Assembly: GCA_038320275.1 (NCBI GenBank)
Contig: JBBQEB010000083.1
Span: 1-16,064 of the forward strand
From: Myxococcales bacterium
GTDB lineage: Bacteria; Myxococcota; Myxococcia; Myxococcales; Anaeromyxobacteraceae
Length of the DNA: 16,064 nucleotides
Direction: 5' to 3'
Below the pieces are notes generated by a model. That model was given only the letters and a program-made list of their open reading frames with translations. It had not been told where the DNA came from and ran no database searches. The position numbers and the translations under genes are program-made. Numbering within the stretch: position 1 is the stretch's first letter; each line of letters opens with the position of its first letter. Shown piece after piece: positions 8,001 through 16,046 of the stretch.

Positions 8001-10460
8001 ATGACGCAGCAGGGAACCTCACCAGCGGCGCAGGACGTCCCGGACGACCTCGCCATCGATCCGGTGTGCGGCATGAAGGTGAGCCCGACCGCGCCCAAGG
8101 GTGGCTCGGCCGAGCACGCAGGACACACCTACTTCTTCTGCAGTCCAAAGTGCCGCGCGAAGTTCATCGCCAGCCCTGCGACGTATCTGGAGCGCGCGGC
8201 GGGCCAGGGCGCGTCACCCGCGCCCCCCGCCGCGCCCGGAGCGACGTACGTGTGCCCGATGGATCCGGAGGTCCGCCAGGACCACCCCGGCGCCTGCCCG
8301 AAGTGCGGGATGGCGCTCGAGCCGGAGACGCCCGTGGCAGCCACCAAGGTCGAGTACGTGTGCCCGATGCACGCGGAGATCGTGCGGGAGGCGCCGGGGA
8401 GCTGTCCGATCTGCGGGATGGCGCTCGAGCCGCGGACGGTGACGCTGGCCGAGGCCCCGAGCCCCGAGCTGCGCGACATGACCCGCCGGTTCTGGGTGGG
8501 CCTGGTGCTGACGCTCCCGGTGTTCCTGGCCGGGATGGCGGAGATGCTCCCGGTTGATCCTTTGAGGGGGCTGCGCGGCCACGGGCTGGAGTGGTTCGAG
8601 CTCGCGCTCGCGACGCCGGTGGTCCTGTGGGGAGGCTGGCCCTTCTTCCAGCGTGGCTGGACCTCGGTCGTGAACCGGCACCTCAACATGTTCACGCTCG
8701 TCGCCCTGGGGACCGGGGTGGCCTACCTGTTCAGCGCCTTCGCCACGATCTTCCCCGGCCTCGTCCCGGAGTCGGTGCGCGGCCACCACGGCGCGGTGCC
8801 GGTCTACTTCGAGGCGGCCTCGGTCATCGTCGTGCTGGTGCTCATGGGCCAGGTGCTGGAGCTCCGGGCGCGTCAGGCGACCTCGGGAGCCATCCGGGCG
8901 CTGCTGGGCCTCGCGCCCAAGACCGCGCGACGCATCGGACCCGATGGCCGGGAGTCGGACGTCGGCCTCGATGCGGTCCAGCCCGGCGATCGGCTGCGCG
9001 TGCGGCCCGGCGAGGCCGTCCCGGTGGACGGGCTCGTGGAGGAGGGCGCGAGCGCGGTAGACGAGTCGATGGTCACCGGCGAGTCGATGCCGGTGGAGAA
9101 GGCTGCGGGCGCGCGGGTCACGGGCGGAACCGTGAACGGGTCGGGCGGGCTCGTGATGCGCGCGGAGCGGGTGGGACAGGACACGCTGCTCGCCCGCATC
9201 GTCCGCCGGGTGAGCGAGGCGCAGCGCAGCCGCGCGCCCATCCAGAAGGTCGCCGACCGGGTGGCCGGCTGGTTCGTCCCGGTGGTCGTCGCGGCGGCGG
9301 TGGTCACCGCGGTGGTCTGGGGGGTGGCCGGCCCCGAGCCGCGCCTCGCGCACGCGCTCGTGAACGGGGTGGCGGTGCTCATCATCGCCTGTCCCTGCGC
9401 CCTGGGGCTCGCGACGCCCATGTCCATCATGGTGGGGACGGGTCGCGGCGCGGGGGCCGGCGTGCTGGTGCGCGACGCCGAGGCGCTGGAGGTCATGGCC
9501 AAGGTCGATGTGCTGGTGGTGGACAAGACGGGCACCCTCACCGAGGGCAAGCCGCAGCTCACGAGCGCGATCGCGGCGGAGGGCTTCGACGAGCGCGAAC
9601 TGGTTCGACTCGCCGCCAGCGTGGAGGTCGCGAGCGAGCACCCCCTCGCGGCGGCCATCGTGCGCGGAGCGGAAGCGAGGGGTGTGGCTCTGGCCCCCGT
9701 CACAGGGTTCGGGTCGACGACGGGGAAGGGTGTGAAGGCCACGGTCGAGGGGCGGGCGGTGGCGGTCGGGACGGAGAGCCTCGTCGAGGAGCTTGGAGCG
9801 CCGGCCGGGGACCTCGCCGCGCGCGCGGCCGAGCTGCGGCGCGGGGGCGAGACGGTCATGTTCGTCGCCGTCGACGGGCGGATCGTGGGGCTGCTCGGGG
9901 TGGCGGATCCGGTGAAGGCGAGCACGCCGGCCGCGCTGGAGGCGCTGCGCGCCGAGGGGCTGCGCATCGTGATGCTCACCGGCGACAACCGGCTCACCGC
10001 GGACGCCGTCGCGCGCCGCCTCGGCATCGATCAGGTGGAGGCGGAGGTGCTCCCGGAAGGCAAGGGCGAGGTGGTGGCGAAGCTGCAGGCCGAGGGGCAC
10101 GTGGTCGCGATGGCGGGCGACGGCGTCAACGACGCGCCCGCACTGGCGCGAGCCAACGTGGGGATCGCCATGGGCACAGGCACGGACGTCGCCATGGAGA
10201 GCGCCGCCCTGACGCTGGTGAAGGGCGACCTGGGCGGCATCGTGCGCGCGCGCCGCCTCTCCCGCGCGACCATCCGCAACGTGCGGCAGAACCTCTTCTT
10301 CGCCTTCGTCTACAACTCGGTGGGCATCCCGCTCGCTGCCGGCGCGCTCTACCCGTTCTTCGGCCTGCTGCTCAGCCCGATGATCGCCAGCGCGGCCATG
10401 AGCCTCAGCTCGGTGTCGGTGATCGGGAACGCCCTGCGGCTGCGGCACGCGAAGCTCTGA
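8001..10460 (+). CDS. copA: P1B-1 copper-translocating P-type ATPase with an N-terminal YHS-like domain and two CPM..CPxCGM domains
   Basis: [16 protein letters not shown]; two YVCPM..CPx[55 protein letters not shown] and MSLSS Cu(I) ligand motifs. Confidence 0.97.
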   Translation: MTQQGTSPAAQDVPDDLAIDPVCGMKVSPTAPKGGSAEHAGHTYFFCSPKCRAKFIASPATYLERAAGQGASPAPPAAPGATYVCPMDPEVRQDHPGACPKCGMALEPETPVAATKVEYVCPMHAEIVREAPGSCPICGMALEPRTVTLAEAPSPELRDMTRRFWVGLVLTLPVFLAGMAEMLPVDPLRGLRGHGLEWFELALATPVVLWGGWPFFQRGWTSVVNRHLNMFTLVALGTGVAYLFSAFATIFPGLVPESVRGHHGAVPVYFEAASVIVVLVLMGQVLELRARQATSGAIRALLGLAPKTARRIGPDGRESDVGLDAVQPGDRLRVRPGEAVPVDGLVEEGASAVDESMVTGESMPVEKAAGARVTGGTVNGSGGLVMRAERVGQDTLLARIVRRVSEAQRSRAPIQKVADRVAGWFVPVVVAAAVVTAVVWGVAGPEPRLAHALVNGVAVLIIACPCALGLATPMSIMVGTGRGAGAGVLVRDAEALEVMAKVDVLVVDKTGTLTEGKPQLTSAIAAEGFDERELVRLAASVEVASEHPLAAAIVRGAEARGVALAPVTGFGSTTGKGVKATVEGRAVAVGTESLVEELGAPAGDLAARAAELRRGGETVMFVAVDGRIVGLLGVADPVKASTPAALEALRAEGLRIVMLTGDNRLTADAVARRLGIDQVEAEVLPEGKGEVVAKLQAEGHVVAMAGDGVNDAPALARANVGIAMGTGTDVAMESAALTLVKGDLGGIVRARRLSRATIRNVRQNLFFAFVYNSVGIPLAAGALYPFFGLLLSPMIASAAMSLSSVSVIGNALRLRHAKL
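8247..8432 (+). repeat. Intragenic duplication of a 26-codon heavy-metal-binding domain in copA
   Basis: 8247-8324 and 8355-8432 share tacgtgtgcccgatg and tgcgggatggcgctcgagccg; a related unit is in cusB at about 3384-3461. Confidence 0.85.
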
Positions 10461-10773
10461 GGTGGTGTTGCCGCGCACGCCAGAAGAAGGCGCCACGAGA
10501 CTTCGCGCAGGCCGGGTCAGGGCGTGGCGGGCAGGGCAGCGGTGGTGCCGACCGACGAGGCTACAAACTGGCGGGCGCGTACCGTGATGGTCGGCCGGAG
10601 CGCGGAGACGGGGTACTGGCATGGAGCCGGCCCCCAGAAATAAGTGACGGGGGCGTGCTGGAAGCGCGTCTCCCGCCCTGTCCTGGGAGGCCAGCCTCCC
10701 CGCGTTTCGATGGCCGTCCGCGAGCCGCGGTACTGCACGACCGAGCCGCTGATACTCTCGGTGAGGGACAAGA

Positions 10774-11625
10774 ATGATCATCGACGGAGTGATGCTTCTG
10801 TGGTTCGCGCTGGTCGCGCTGTCGGTCGCCTTCGTGGCCATCGACATCCGGTCGACGCCCGAGAACCCGGTAATGAAATGGGGCTTCATCCTGATCACCC
10901 TCTACTCGGGGCCGTTTGGCGCGTTCTTGTACGTGCTCGGCTGCCGTGAGCCGCTACCCGGGCTCCACGAGCAGTATGTGTCGGCGCGCTGGCGGCAGGT
11001 CCTCGGCTCGACCATGCACTGCGTCGCCGGCGACGGCATCGGGATCCTCGTCGGCGCCGTGATCGGCTCGTCGATCGCCCTGCCGGTGCTCGCCGATCTC
11101 GGGGTGGAATACGTCCTCGGCTTCGGCTTCGGCTGGACGATCTTCCAGGCGCTGTTCATGCGCGACATGTTTGGCTCCTACGCGGCCTCGCTCGAGCGTA
11201 CTTTTCGCTCCGAGCTTTTATCGATGAACTGCTTGATGGGCGGCATGATTGCCGTATCGACGCTCGCCTGGGCGAGCACGCGGGAAGCCCACGATCCGGC
11301 GGCTCCGCTGTTCTGGTTCCGCATGTCGCTGGCGCTGATGTCCGGCTTCATCGTCGCCTTTCCGATGAATTGGTGGCTGGTGGCGAACCACCTGAAACAC
11401 GGCATGACGACGGTGCGCCCCAAGGACCAGGCCGGCGGGCGGGATGCCAGCGGCAGCACGGACAAGTCGGGGATGGACAAGGGCGACAAGGCGAAGGCCG
11501 AGGGTGGACCCGCCAACCAGGAGACGACGCCGTCCATCGGCGTCATGACCGTGGTGTCGTTCGCGGTGCTCGCCGCCGGGCTACTGATCGCCTGGGCCCT
11601 TGGCGGCTTGTCAGGTCGGATCTGA
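10774..11625 (+). CDS. DUF4396-like multi-pass membrane protein
   Basis: GAGGG upstream of the ATG; several hydrophobic helices; motifs STMHCVAGDGIG, GWTIFQALFM, SELLSMN..MGGM, LFWFRMS, FPMNWWLVANHLKHGM recalled from DUF4396 proteins. Confidence 0.8.
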   Translation: MIIDGVMLLWFALVALSVAFVAIDIRSTPENPVMKWGFILITLYSGPFGAFLYVLGCREPLPGLHEQYVSARWRQVLGSTMHCVAGDGIGILVGAVIGSSIALPVLADLGVEYVLGFGFGWTIFQALFMRDMFGSYAASLERTFRSELLSMNCLMGGMIAVSTLAWASTREAHDPAAPLFWFRMSLALMSGFIVAFPMNWWLVANHLKHGMTTVRPKDQAGGRDASGSTDKSGMDKGDKAKAEGGPANQETTPSIGVMTVVSFAVLAAGLLIAWALGGLSGRI

Positions 11626-11747
11626 GATCCGAAACGCGGCCAAGGCAAGGGATCGACAAGCCGGTCGGAGCATGATCGACGATGTTGAGCCTGACCTCCC
11701 TCCACTCTGGACGAAGCGGGCAGCCGGCACGATGGGGCTACAAGCCG

Positions 11748-12230
11748 CTATTCTCCCGCTCGATGCCCGAAGATCAGCCGGTACCACCACGAACCAAGAC
11801 ACCAGAGCGTCGTGGTGAGGAGGGCGCCCCCGATGACGACCAATCCTCCGAGGACAAAAGCATACCCCGGGTGCCCGTAGTAGAACGACAAGGCTGATCC
11901 CGTCAGGAAGGCCGTGGAAAGAAGGTATGAAAAGCGTCGCGGTCTGGGCGTCGGCGGTAGAGGCGGGGCGTGGAACAGATGGCGGACGGCGAGGTTGTAG
12001 ACCACATCGATCAGCATGCCGCTGGGAAACAGGAATCCGCTCAGGGCGACGAGCGCCATCGACCCAAGCCAGGCGGGGGACCGAAAGGCCAGCCCGATCA
12101 GGATCAGGGTGATGCTGACTCCCGGCGTGAACCGGAGCGCCAACAGGTACCTGGACTTGGCTTCGTCATCGAGCCGACTGAAGCCCTGCTTGTCCAGGTT
12201 GACACTTTCGAAGTTGCTGAGTTTTGCCAT
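11748..12230 (-). CDS. DUF4395-like membrane protein (160 aa)
   Basis: GGGAG upstream on the minus strand; four hydrophobic segments; PPTPRPRRFS and the C-terminal WCLGSWWY resemble the DUF4395 P-x-RF...C-x-G pattern. Confidence 0.7.
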   Translation of the reverse strand: MAKLSNFESVNLDKQGFSRLDDEAKSRYLLALRFTPGVSITLILIGLAFRSPAWLGSMALVALSGFLFPSGMLIDVVYNLAVRHLFHAPPLPPTPRPRRFSYLLSTAFLTGSALSFYYGHPGYAFVLGGLVVIGGALLTTTLWCLGSWWYRLIFGHRAGE

Positions 12231-12271
12231 GAGGTGGTCTCCCGGCGAGCATCGCTAGCCAGTATCAACTG

Positions 12272-12550
12272 TTACACGGGCCCGCGCTGCGCGCTTCAGC
12301 GCCTCGCCGAATACCGACACCGAGCCCAAGCTCATTGCGGCGGCGGCGATCATGGGGGAGAGCAATAGACCAAAGAAGGAGGAGAGGGGCCATTGCTGCG
12401 ATCGGCACCGCCGCCGTGCCCTTCACTTCACCATCCCAGGGTGAGCGGGGGCTCGGGGGCTGCTTCACGTCGATCCGGCCGCATGGTGGAAGGCGAGGGA
12501 CAGGCTCCGTTGCTGTTGCTCATCGTTCTTCGCGACAGGTGGAGAGCGCG
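12272..12550 (-). pseudogene. Degraded 3' remnant of a second copA-type ATPase gene
   Basis: Minus-strand 12377-12297 reads [27 protein letters not shown] versus Cop[28 protein letters not shown] (23/27 identical). It is preceded, across a 1-nt frameshift, by AVPIAA (CopA GIPLAA). Further upstream, from 12550, RALHLSRRTMSN matches Cop[13 protein letters not shown], with about 60 nt of unrelated sequence in between. Confidence 0.85.
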
Positions 12551-12616
12551 TGGAGGTTCACTCCCGCGCTCCTGCGTGGCCGAGAGCGACGCCTTCGAGC
12601 GCCGCGACCGCGCTCC

Positions 12617-12652
12617 GCACCGTCGCCCTCGGTCGCCCGGGTGCGACGGCGC
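12617..12652 (-). terminator. GC-rich hairpin just after the lipoprotein gene (terminator or 3'-stabilising stem)
   Basis: Minus-strand GCGCCGUCGC-A-CC-CGG-GCGA-CCG-A-GG-GCGACGGUGC: long stem with a GNRA tetraloop, 14 nt after the stop; no U-tract. Confidence 0.45.
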
Positions 12653-12666
12653 GCTGCACATCGGGG

Positions 12667-13341
12667 CTACCCCGCCGGAAGCACTGCGGGGGAGCCAGCT
12701 CCAGACCCGGAGCTCGGGTGATGCGTCCCACCGGCGAGCGTGCAGCCGTGCATCGAGTCGCTCCAGTTCATGTGGTGACCGTCGGGCGCGGTGAAGCCGT
12801 CCGTCATCATGGTCCCCATCGCCTCCGTCATGTCGCTGTTCCCCATCATGCCCCCCGAGCCCATCATCCCGCCGCCGCTCGTCATCGCGCCCATCCCGGC
12901 CGCGCGCATCTGGAGGTGGTCGGCGTCCGCGGCCATCTGCTGGCAGTGCTGGGCCGCGAGCGCCCGGTTCTGGGCCATGTCGGCGGAAGAGCAGGCGACG
13001 TCGAGGTGCTGCTGGAGCACTTGCGCCATGACGTCCGCGCCGCAGGTCATGTCGGCGGCAGCCGACTGCCCCATCGAATGCATGTGCTCGTCCATGCCGC
13101 TCGAGGTCTGGTGCATCACCTGGAGGGCGCCGTTCATCTGCGCTGCGTACTGATGCGCAGCCGCCTCGCACTCGGCCGGCGCGGCCATGGACTGGGTCGT
13201 GGCCTGATAGGTCGACACCGCGCTCGAGGCGGACAGCGCCGAGCGCTGGTACGCGGCCACGTCGGTGGGGCTCACACCGGAGCCCGATCCACCGCACGCG
13301 GAGAGGGCCAGGGCTGCGGCGAGGGAGAATTGGGTCTTCAT
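12667..13341 (-). CDS. Uncharacterised Met/His/Cys-rich lipoprotein (224 aa), putative copper-binding
   Basis: ATG at 13341 with GGAG 7 nt upstream (3' part of the track ORF 12667..14988); lipobox MKTQFSLAAALALSA-CGGSGSG; hand count 24 Met, 12 His, 6 Cys; has its own sigma54 promoter. Confidence 0.85.
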   Translation of the reverse strand: MKTQFSLAAALALSACGGSGSGVSPTDVAAYQRSALSASSAVSTYQATTQSMAAPAECEAAAHQYAAQMNGALQVMHQTSSGMDEHMHSMGQSAAADMTCGADVMAQVLQQHLDVACSSADMAQNRALAAQHCQQMAADADHLQMRAAGMGAMTSGGGMMGSGGMMGNSDMTEAMGTMMTDGFTAPDGHHMNWSDSMHGCTLAGGTHHPSSGSGAGSPAVLPAG

Positions 13342-13391
13342 GGGTTGCTCCGTGTCGAGGGCCGCTGGAGTGCGGCGTGGCTCGACGCAAG

Positions 13392-13407
13392 AGCAACCGG
13401 CGTGCCG
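13392..13407 (-). promoter_or_regulatory. sigma54 -24/-12 promoter for the lipoprotein gene
   Basis: Minus strand CGGCACG-CCGG-TTGCT, near-perfect consensus, 50 nt upstream of the ATG. Confidence 0.82.
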
Positions 13408-13460
13408 CAGCGCGGCGCGCCCATTTTTCGCGGCTCTTGCGGCGCGCAGCCCCGCAGCGA

Positions 13461-13498
13461 CGTACGTGCCGGTACGCCTGACCGTACCGGCTGGTACA
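13461..13498. promoter_or_regulatory. Tandem palindromic sites (GTAC-N6-GTAC x2), putative shared enhancer
   Basis: GTAC at 13462, 13472, 13484 and 13494: cGTACgtgccgGTACg and cGTACcggctgGTACa, 22 bp apart, midway between two divergent sigma54 promoters. Confidence 0.65.
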
Positions 13499-13552
13499 CC
13501 TCCGCCGCGCGAAGGCCACGCGAAGGCCGTGCACGCCCGCGGGAAGTCCTGA

Positions 13553-13568
13553 TGGTATGTAGCTTGCT
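13553..13568 (+). promoter_or_regulatory. sigma54 -24/-12 promoter for the secreted-protein/TPR/barrel operon
   Basis: TGGTATG-TAGC-TTGCT; GG(13554-55)-N10-GC(13566-67); followed by GGGAG at 13599-13603 and ATG at 13611. Confidence 0.75.
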
Positions 13569-13610
13569 GCTTCTCGCCGACGGGCCGGTACGCCCGACGG
13601 GAGCACCTTG

Positions 13611-14021
13611 ATGTCCGTCTTTCACGCCTTCGCGCTCGCCGTGGTCCTGACCGCTGGGGACGACCCAGGCGCGGCGCGCGAGGCCGTGCGCGAAGCGCTC
13701 CGAGCAGCGGCGCCGCCGCCTTCGGGACGAGCGGTACTGCCGGAGGGCGCCCTGCCGGCCTCCCGGATGACCGACGCGACGCGCGCCATGAAGCGCGATG
13801 CGGAGCGGATGGCCGTCGAGCATGCGAAGAAGGGCGCCGGTCAGGCGCGGCATGAGGCCGGCGGCGCCGCCCACCGCGGCGAGCCGGGCGAGGCGATGCA
13901 CGGCGACCGCGAGAACGGCGATCCGAGCTGCGCTCCGGCCGAGATGATGCGCTCGCACGGGACGACGCCAGGCCAGGACCACTCCATGCCGGCCCCCGGG
14001 CCGCAGCACCGCGGCATGTAG
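13611..14021 (+). CDS. Small exported Met/His-rich hypothetical protein (136 aa)
   Basis: RBS GGGAG; hydrophobic N-terminus MSVFHAFALAVVLTAG; helical middle (RAMKRDAERMAVEHAKK); Met/His-rich flexible tail (AMHGD, AEMMRSHG, DHSM, QHRGM). TTG at 13608 is an alternative start. Confidence 0.7.
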   Translation: MSVFHAFALAVVLTAGDDPGAAREAVREALRAAAPPPSGRAVLPEGALPASRMTDATRAMKRDAERMAVEHAKKGAGQARHEAGGAAHRGEPGEAMHGDRENGDPSCAPAEMMRSHGTTPGQDHSMPAPGPQHRGM

Positions 14022-14037
14022 CCGGGTGTCGGCTGCG

Positions 14038-14643
14038 ATGATCGCGCTCCTGCTTGCTTTCGAGGTCCTGCTGGCTGCCCCGGGACAGCCCGGGGCCGAG
14101 GAGCACCTCCTCGCCGGCGCACGGGCGTTCCGCGAGGCGCGCTACGACGCGGCGCTGGTCGAGTTCCGGGTGGCGCGGGCCCTCGGCGCCAGCGACGCCG
14201 CCGGCTATGCGGCCGCCAGCCTCGTGATGCTCGGACGTGCCGAGGAGGCGGTGGAGGCCTTCGGCGCGGCGCACGAGGGGAGCGACGACGCTCTGCTCGG
14301 CTACTACCGCGCCATCGCTTGTCACGACGCGCGGCTCTACCTGTGCGCGGACCGACTCCTCGGCGAGGTGGGCGAGCGCGCCGGACCGCGCATCGCCGAG
14401 CAGGCCCGACGGACGCGCGCCGCCATCGCCGCCGAGCTGTCGCGCGAACCCTCGCGCGCCTCCGTCGACTGGTACCTCGCCCGGTGCGCCGAGCGGCGCG
14501 CCGACGGCCGGCCCGTTCTCGCCGGCGCGTACTGCGACGAGGCGGTCGCGCTGGCGGGGAAGCGTGGAGACCGGTACCGCCTGGCCGAGGCCGCGGCGCA
14601 GCGCGCGGCGATCCCGGCGGGCGCGGCGAGCGGTCCGCGATGA
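14038..14643 (+). CDS. Exported TPR-like helical protein
   Basis: ATG at 14038 (alternative GTG at 14026); signal-like MIALLLAFEVLLAAP; TPR-like EEHLLAGARAFREARYDAALVEFRVA and YAAASLVMLGRAEEAVEAF; four Cys; stop overlaps the next start (ATGA). Confidence 0.75.
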   Translation: MIALLLAFEVLLAAPGQPGAEEHLLAGARAFREARYDAALVEFRVARALGASDAAGYAAASLVMLGRAEEAVEAFGAAHEGSDDALLGYYRAIACHDARLYLCADRLLGEVGERAGPRIAEQARRTRAAIAAELSREPSRASVDWYLARCAERRADGRPVLAGAYCDEAVALAGKRGDRYRLAEAAAQRAAIPAGAASGPR

Positions 14644-16046
14644 CGGGCCTCCTCCTCGCGCTGGCGCTGGCTGCGGGCGACCCGTGCGCGCCGGTGGGGC
14701 CGGCAGCCGGCGCACCCGATGAGGCGGCTGCGCGCGCGTACCGAGAGGTGGCCGACGCGGAGCGCCGGGCAGGCGCGACCGAGACGGCTGCGCTCGCCTA
14801 TCGGGAGGCTCTGGCGCGTGACCCCGGCGACCAGGCCTCGCGGTCGGCGCTCGACGCGCTCTGCCGCGACCGCAGCGGGGCCCCTTCCTTCGGGCGCGGG
14901 CTGCATGCGATGGAGGCGGGCGATCTCCGCGCTGCGGCGCGCTCCTTCGAGGAGGCACGCGCGGCGGGTGCGGGTGCCCCGGCCACACTCCTCGAGGGCG
15001 TCTGCCTCTACGAGCTGGGCGACGATGCCGAGGCGCGGCAACGCCTCACCGAAGCGCGGGAGGATCCGGCCCATCGCGAGACAGCCGACCTTTACCTTGG
15101 GCTCATCGCCCTACGGGAGGGCGACGGCGATGCGGCGGCGCGCGCGCTCGACGCCGCAGGCCAGGATCCGCAGCTCGCCGCGCTCGCGGCGCCGCTGTCG
15201 CGGCTCGCCCGCCGCACCGGCCGGCTCGTCCTCGCCGCGATGGCTGCATCGGGCTGGGACTCGAACGCGCAGCTCGCGCCGAGCGGCACACCCATCGACA
15301 CCTCGAACGACGGGCAGCTCGACGTCGCGGCGAGCGCGCTGTACCGGCCGCTGGGCGAGAGCGGCCCCTACATCTCGGGTCGGGGACTGTTGCACCAGCA
15401 GTTCCGCTTCGGCGACCTCGATGCGTGGGGTCTCGGGGGCGCCGCCGGCTGGCAGCTGGGGCGAGGACGCCGCGCCCTCTGGGCGGAGTACGGGTACGAG
15501 TACCGCACCCTGGGCGGATCGCCCTTCCTGTCCGGGCACGGGCTGCGCGCAGGGGGCTGGGCGCCCGCCGGCCCGTTCACGCTCTCGGCATCGTACTTCC
15601 TGCGCTTCGAGAGCTACCGGGGGACCCTCTACCAGCCCTTCTCCGGGGCGTTCCAGAACGGCGAGGTGAGCGCCTCGGCGCTCCTGTCACCTGGGGCCCG
15701 CCTCTTCCTCGGTTACCGGCTCTCGCGCGATGGTGTGGACCTGCCGCAGCTCTCGTTCGTGGAGCACGGGCCGCGCGCCACGCTCCGGCTCGAGGTCTCC
15801 CCACGCGCGCGGCTGCTCGTGGACGGCGCCCTGTCGTGGCGCCTCTACGACGCGGTCGATCCGCAGCTCGGCCTCACCCGGGCCGACACCTACCTCGACG
15901 GCGCAGTCGGGCTGGAGTGGGAGCTCACGGCCCACACCTTCCTCCGCGCATCGGTCGAGGCGCGGCAGGCCTGGTCGAACGCCGCCGCCTTCACCTACTT
16001 CCGCCTGGCGCCTACCCTGGGGCTGGGTTGGGTGGCGGGCCTGTGA
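14640..16046 (+). CDS. TPR + outer-membrane beta-barrel protein, Slam/DUF560-like architecture (468 aa)
   Basis: ATG at 14640 coupled to the previous stop; signal peptide; TPR motifs (AALAYREALARDPGD, LLEGVCLYELGDDAEA, YLGLIALREGDGDAA); then ASGWDSNAQLAP and alternating aromatic strands (WAEYGYEYR, LSASYFLRFESY, LFLGYRLSR, VGLEWEL, LGLGW). Confidence 0.8.
   Translation: MTGLLLALALAAGDPCAPVGPAAGAPDEAAARAYREVADAERRAGATETAALAYREALARDPGDQASRSALDALCRDRSGAPSFGRGLHAMEAGDLRAAARSFEEARAAGAGAPATLLEGVCLYELGDDAEARQRLTEAREDPAHRETADLYLGLIALREGDGDAAARALDAAGQDPQLAALAAPLSRLARRTGRLVLAAMAASGWDSNAQLAPSGTPIDTSNDGQLDVAASALYRPLGESGPYISGRGLLHQQFRFGDLDAWGLGGAAGWQLGRGRRALWAEYGYEYRTLGGSPFLSGHGLRAGGWAPAGPFTLSASYFLRFESYRGTLYQPFSGAFQNGEVSASALLSPGARLFLGYRLSRDGVDLPQLSFVEHGPRATLRLEVSPRARLLVDGALSWRLYDAVDPQLGLTRADTYLDGAVGLEWELTAHTFLRASVEARQAWSNAAAFTYFRLAPTLGLGWVAGL

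Noticed and set aside
10617..10632. Possible sigma54 site TGGCATG-GAGC-CGGCC before the DUF4396-like gene
   Set aside because: Poor -12 match and no paired upstream sites; plausible by chance.
10685..10700. Hairpin GGGAGG-CCAG-CCTCCC as a copA terminator
   Set aside because: Short stem, more than 200 nt from the stop, with no adjacent U-run.
1583..10898. Long antisense and off-frame ORFs (453, 680, 1306, 1061, 894 and 728 aa)
   Set aside because: Arg/Gly/His-rich artefacts of high-GC codon bias overlapping well-supported genes.
11626..11747. Short ORF MIDDVEPDL... resembling the DUF4396 start
   Set aside because: Similarity covers only a few residues and the frame runs into the antisense gene.
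12560..12630. Extension of the copA remnant to a GDG motif
   Set aside because: Very weak similarity, and the GDG codons fall inside a hairpin that explains the sequence.
13342..14988. Upstream part of the 773-aa minus-strand ORF
   Set aside because: Antisense to real genes and crosses the promoter region; RBS, lipobox and promoter place the start at 13341.
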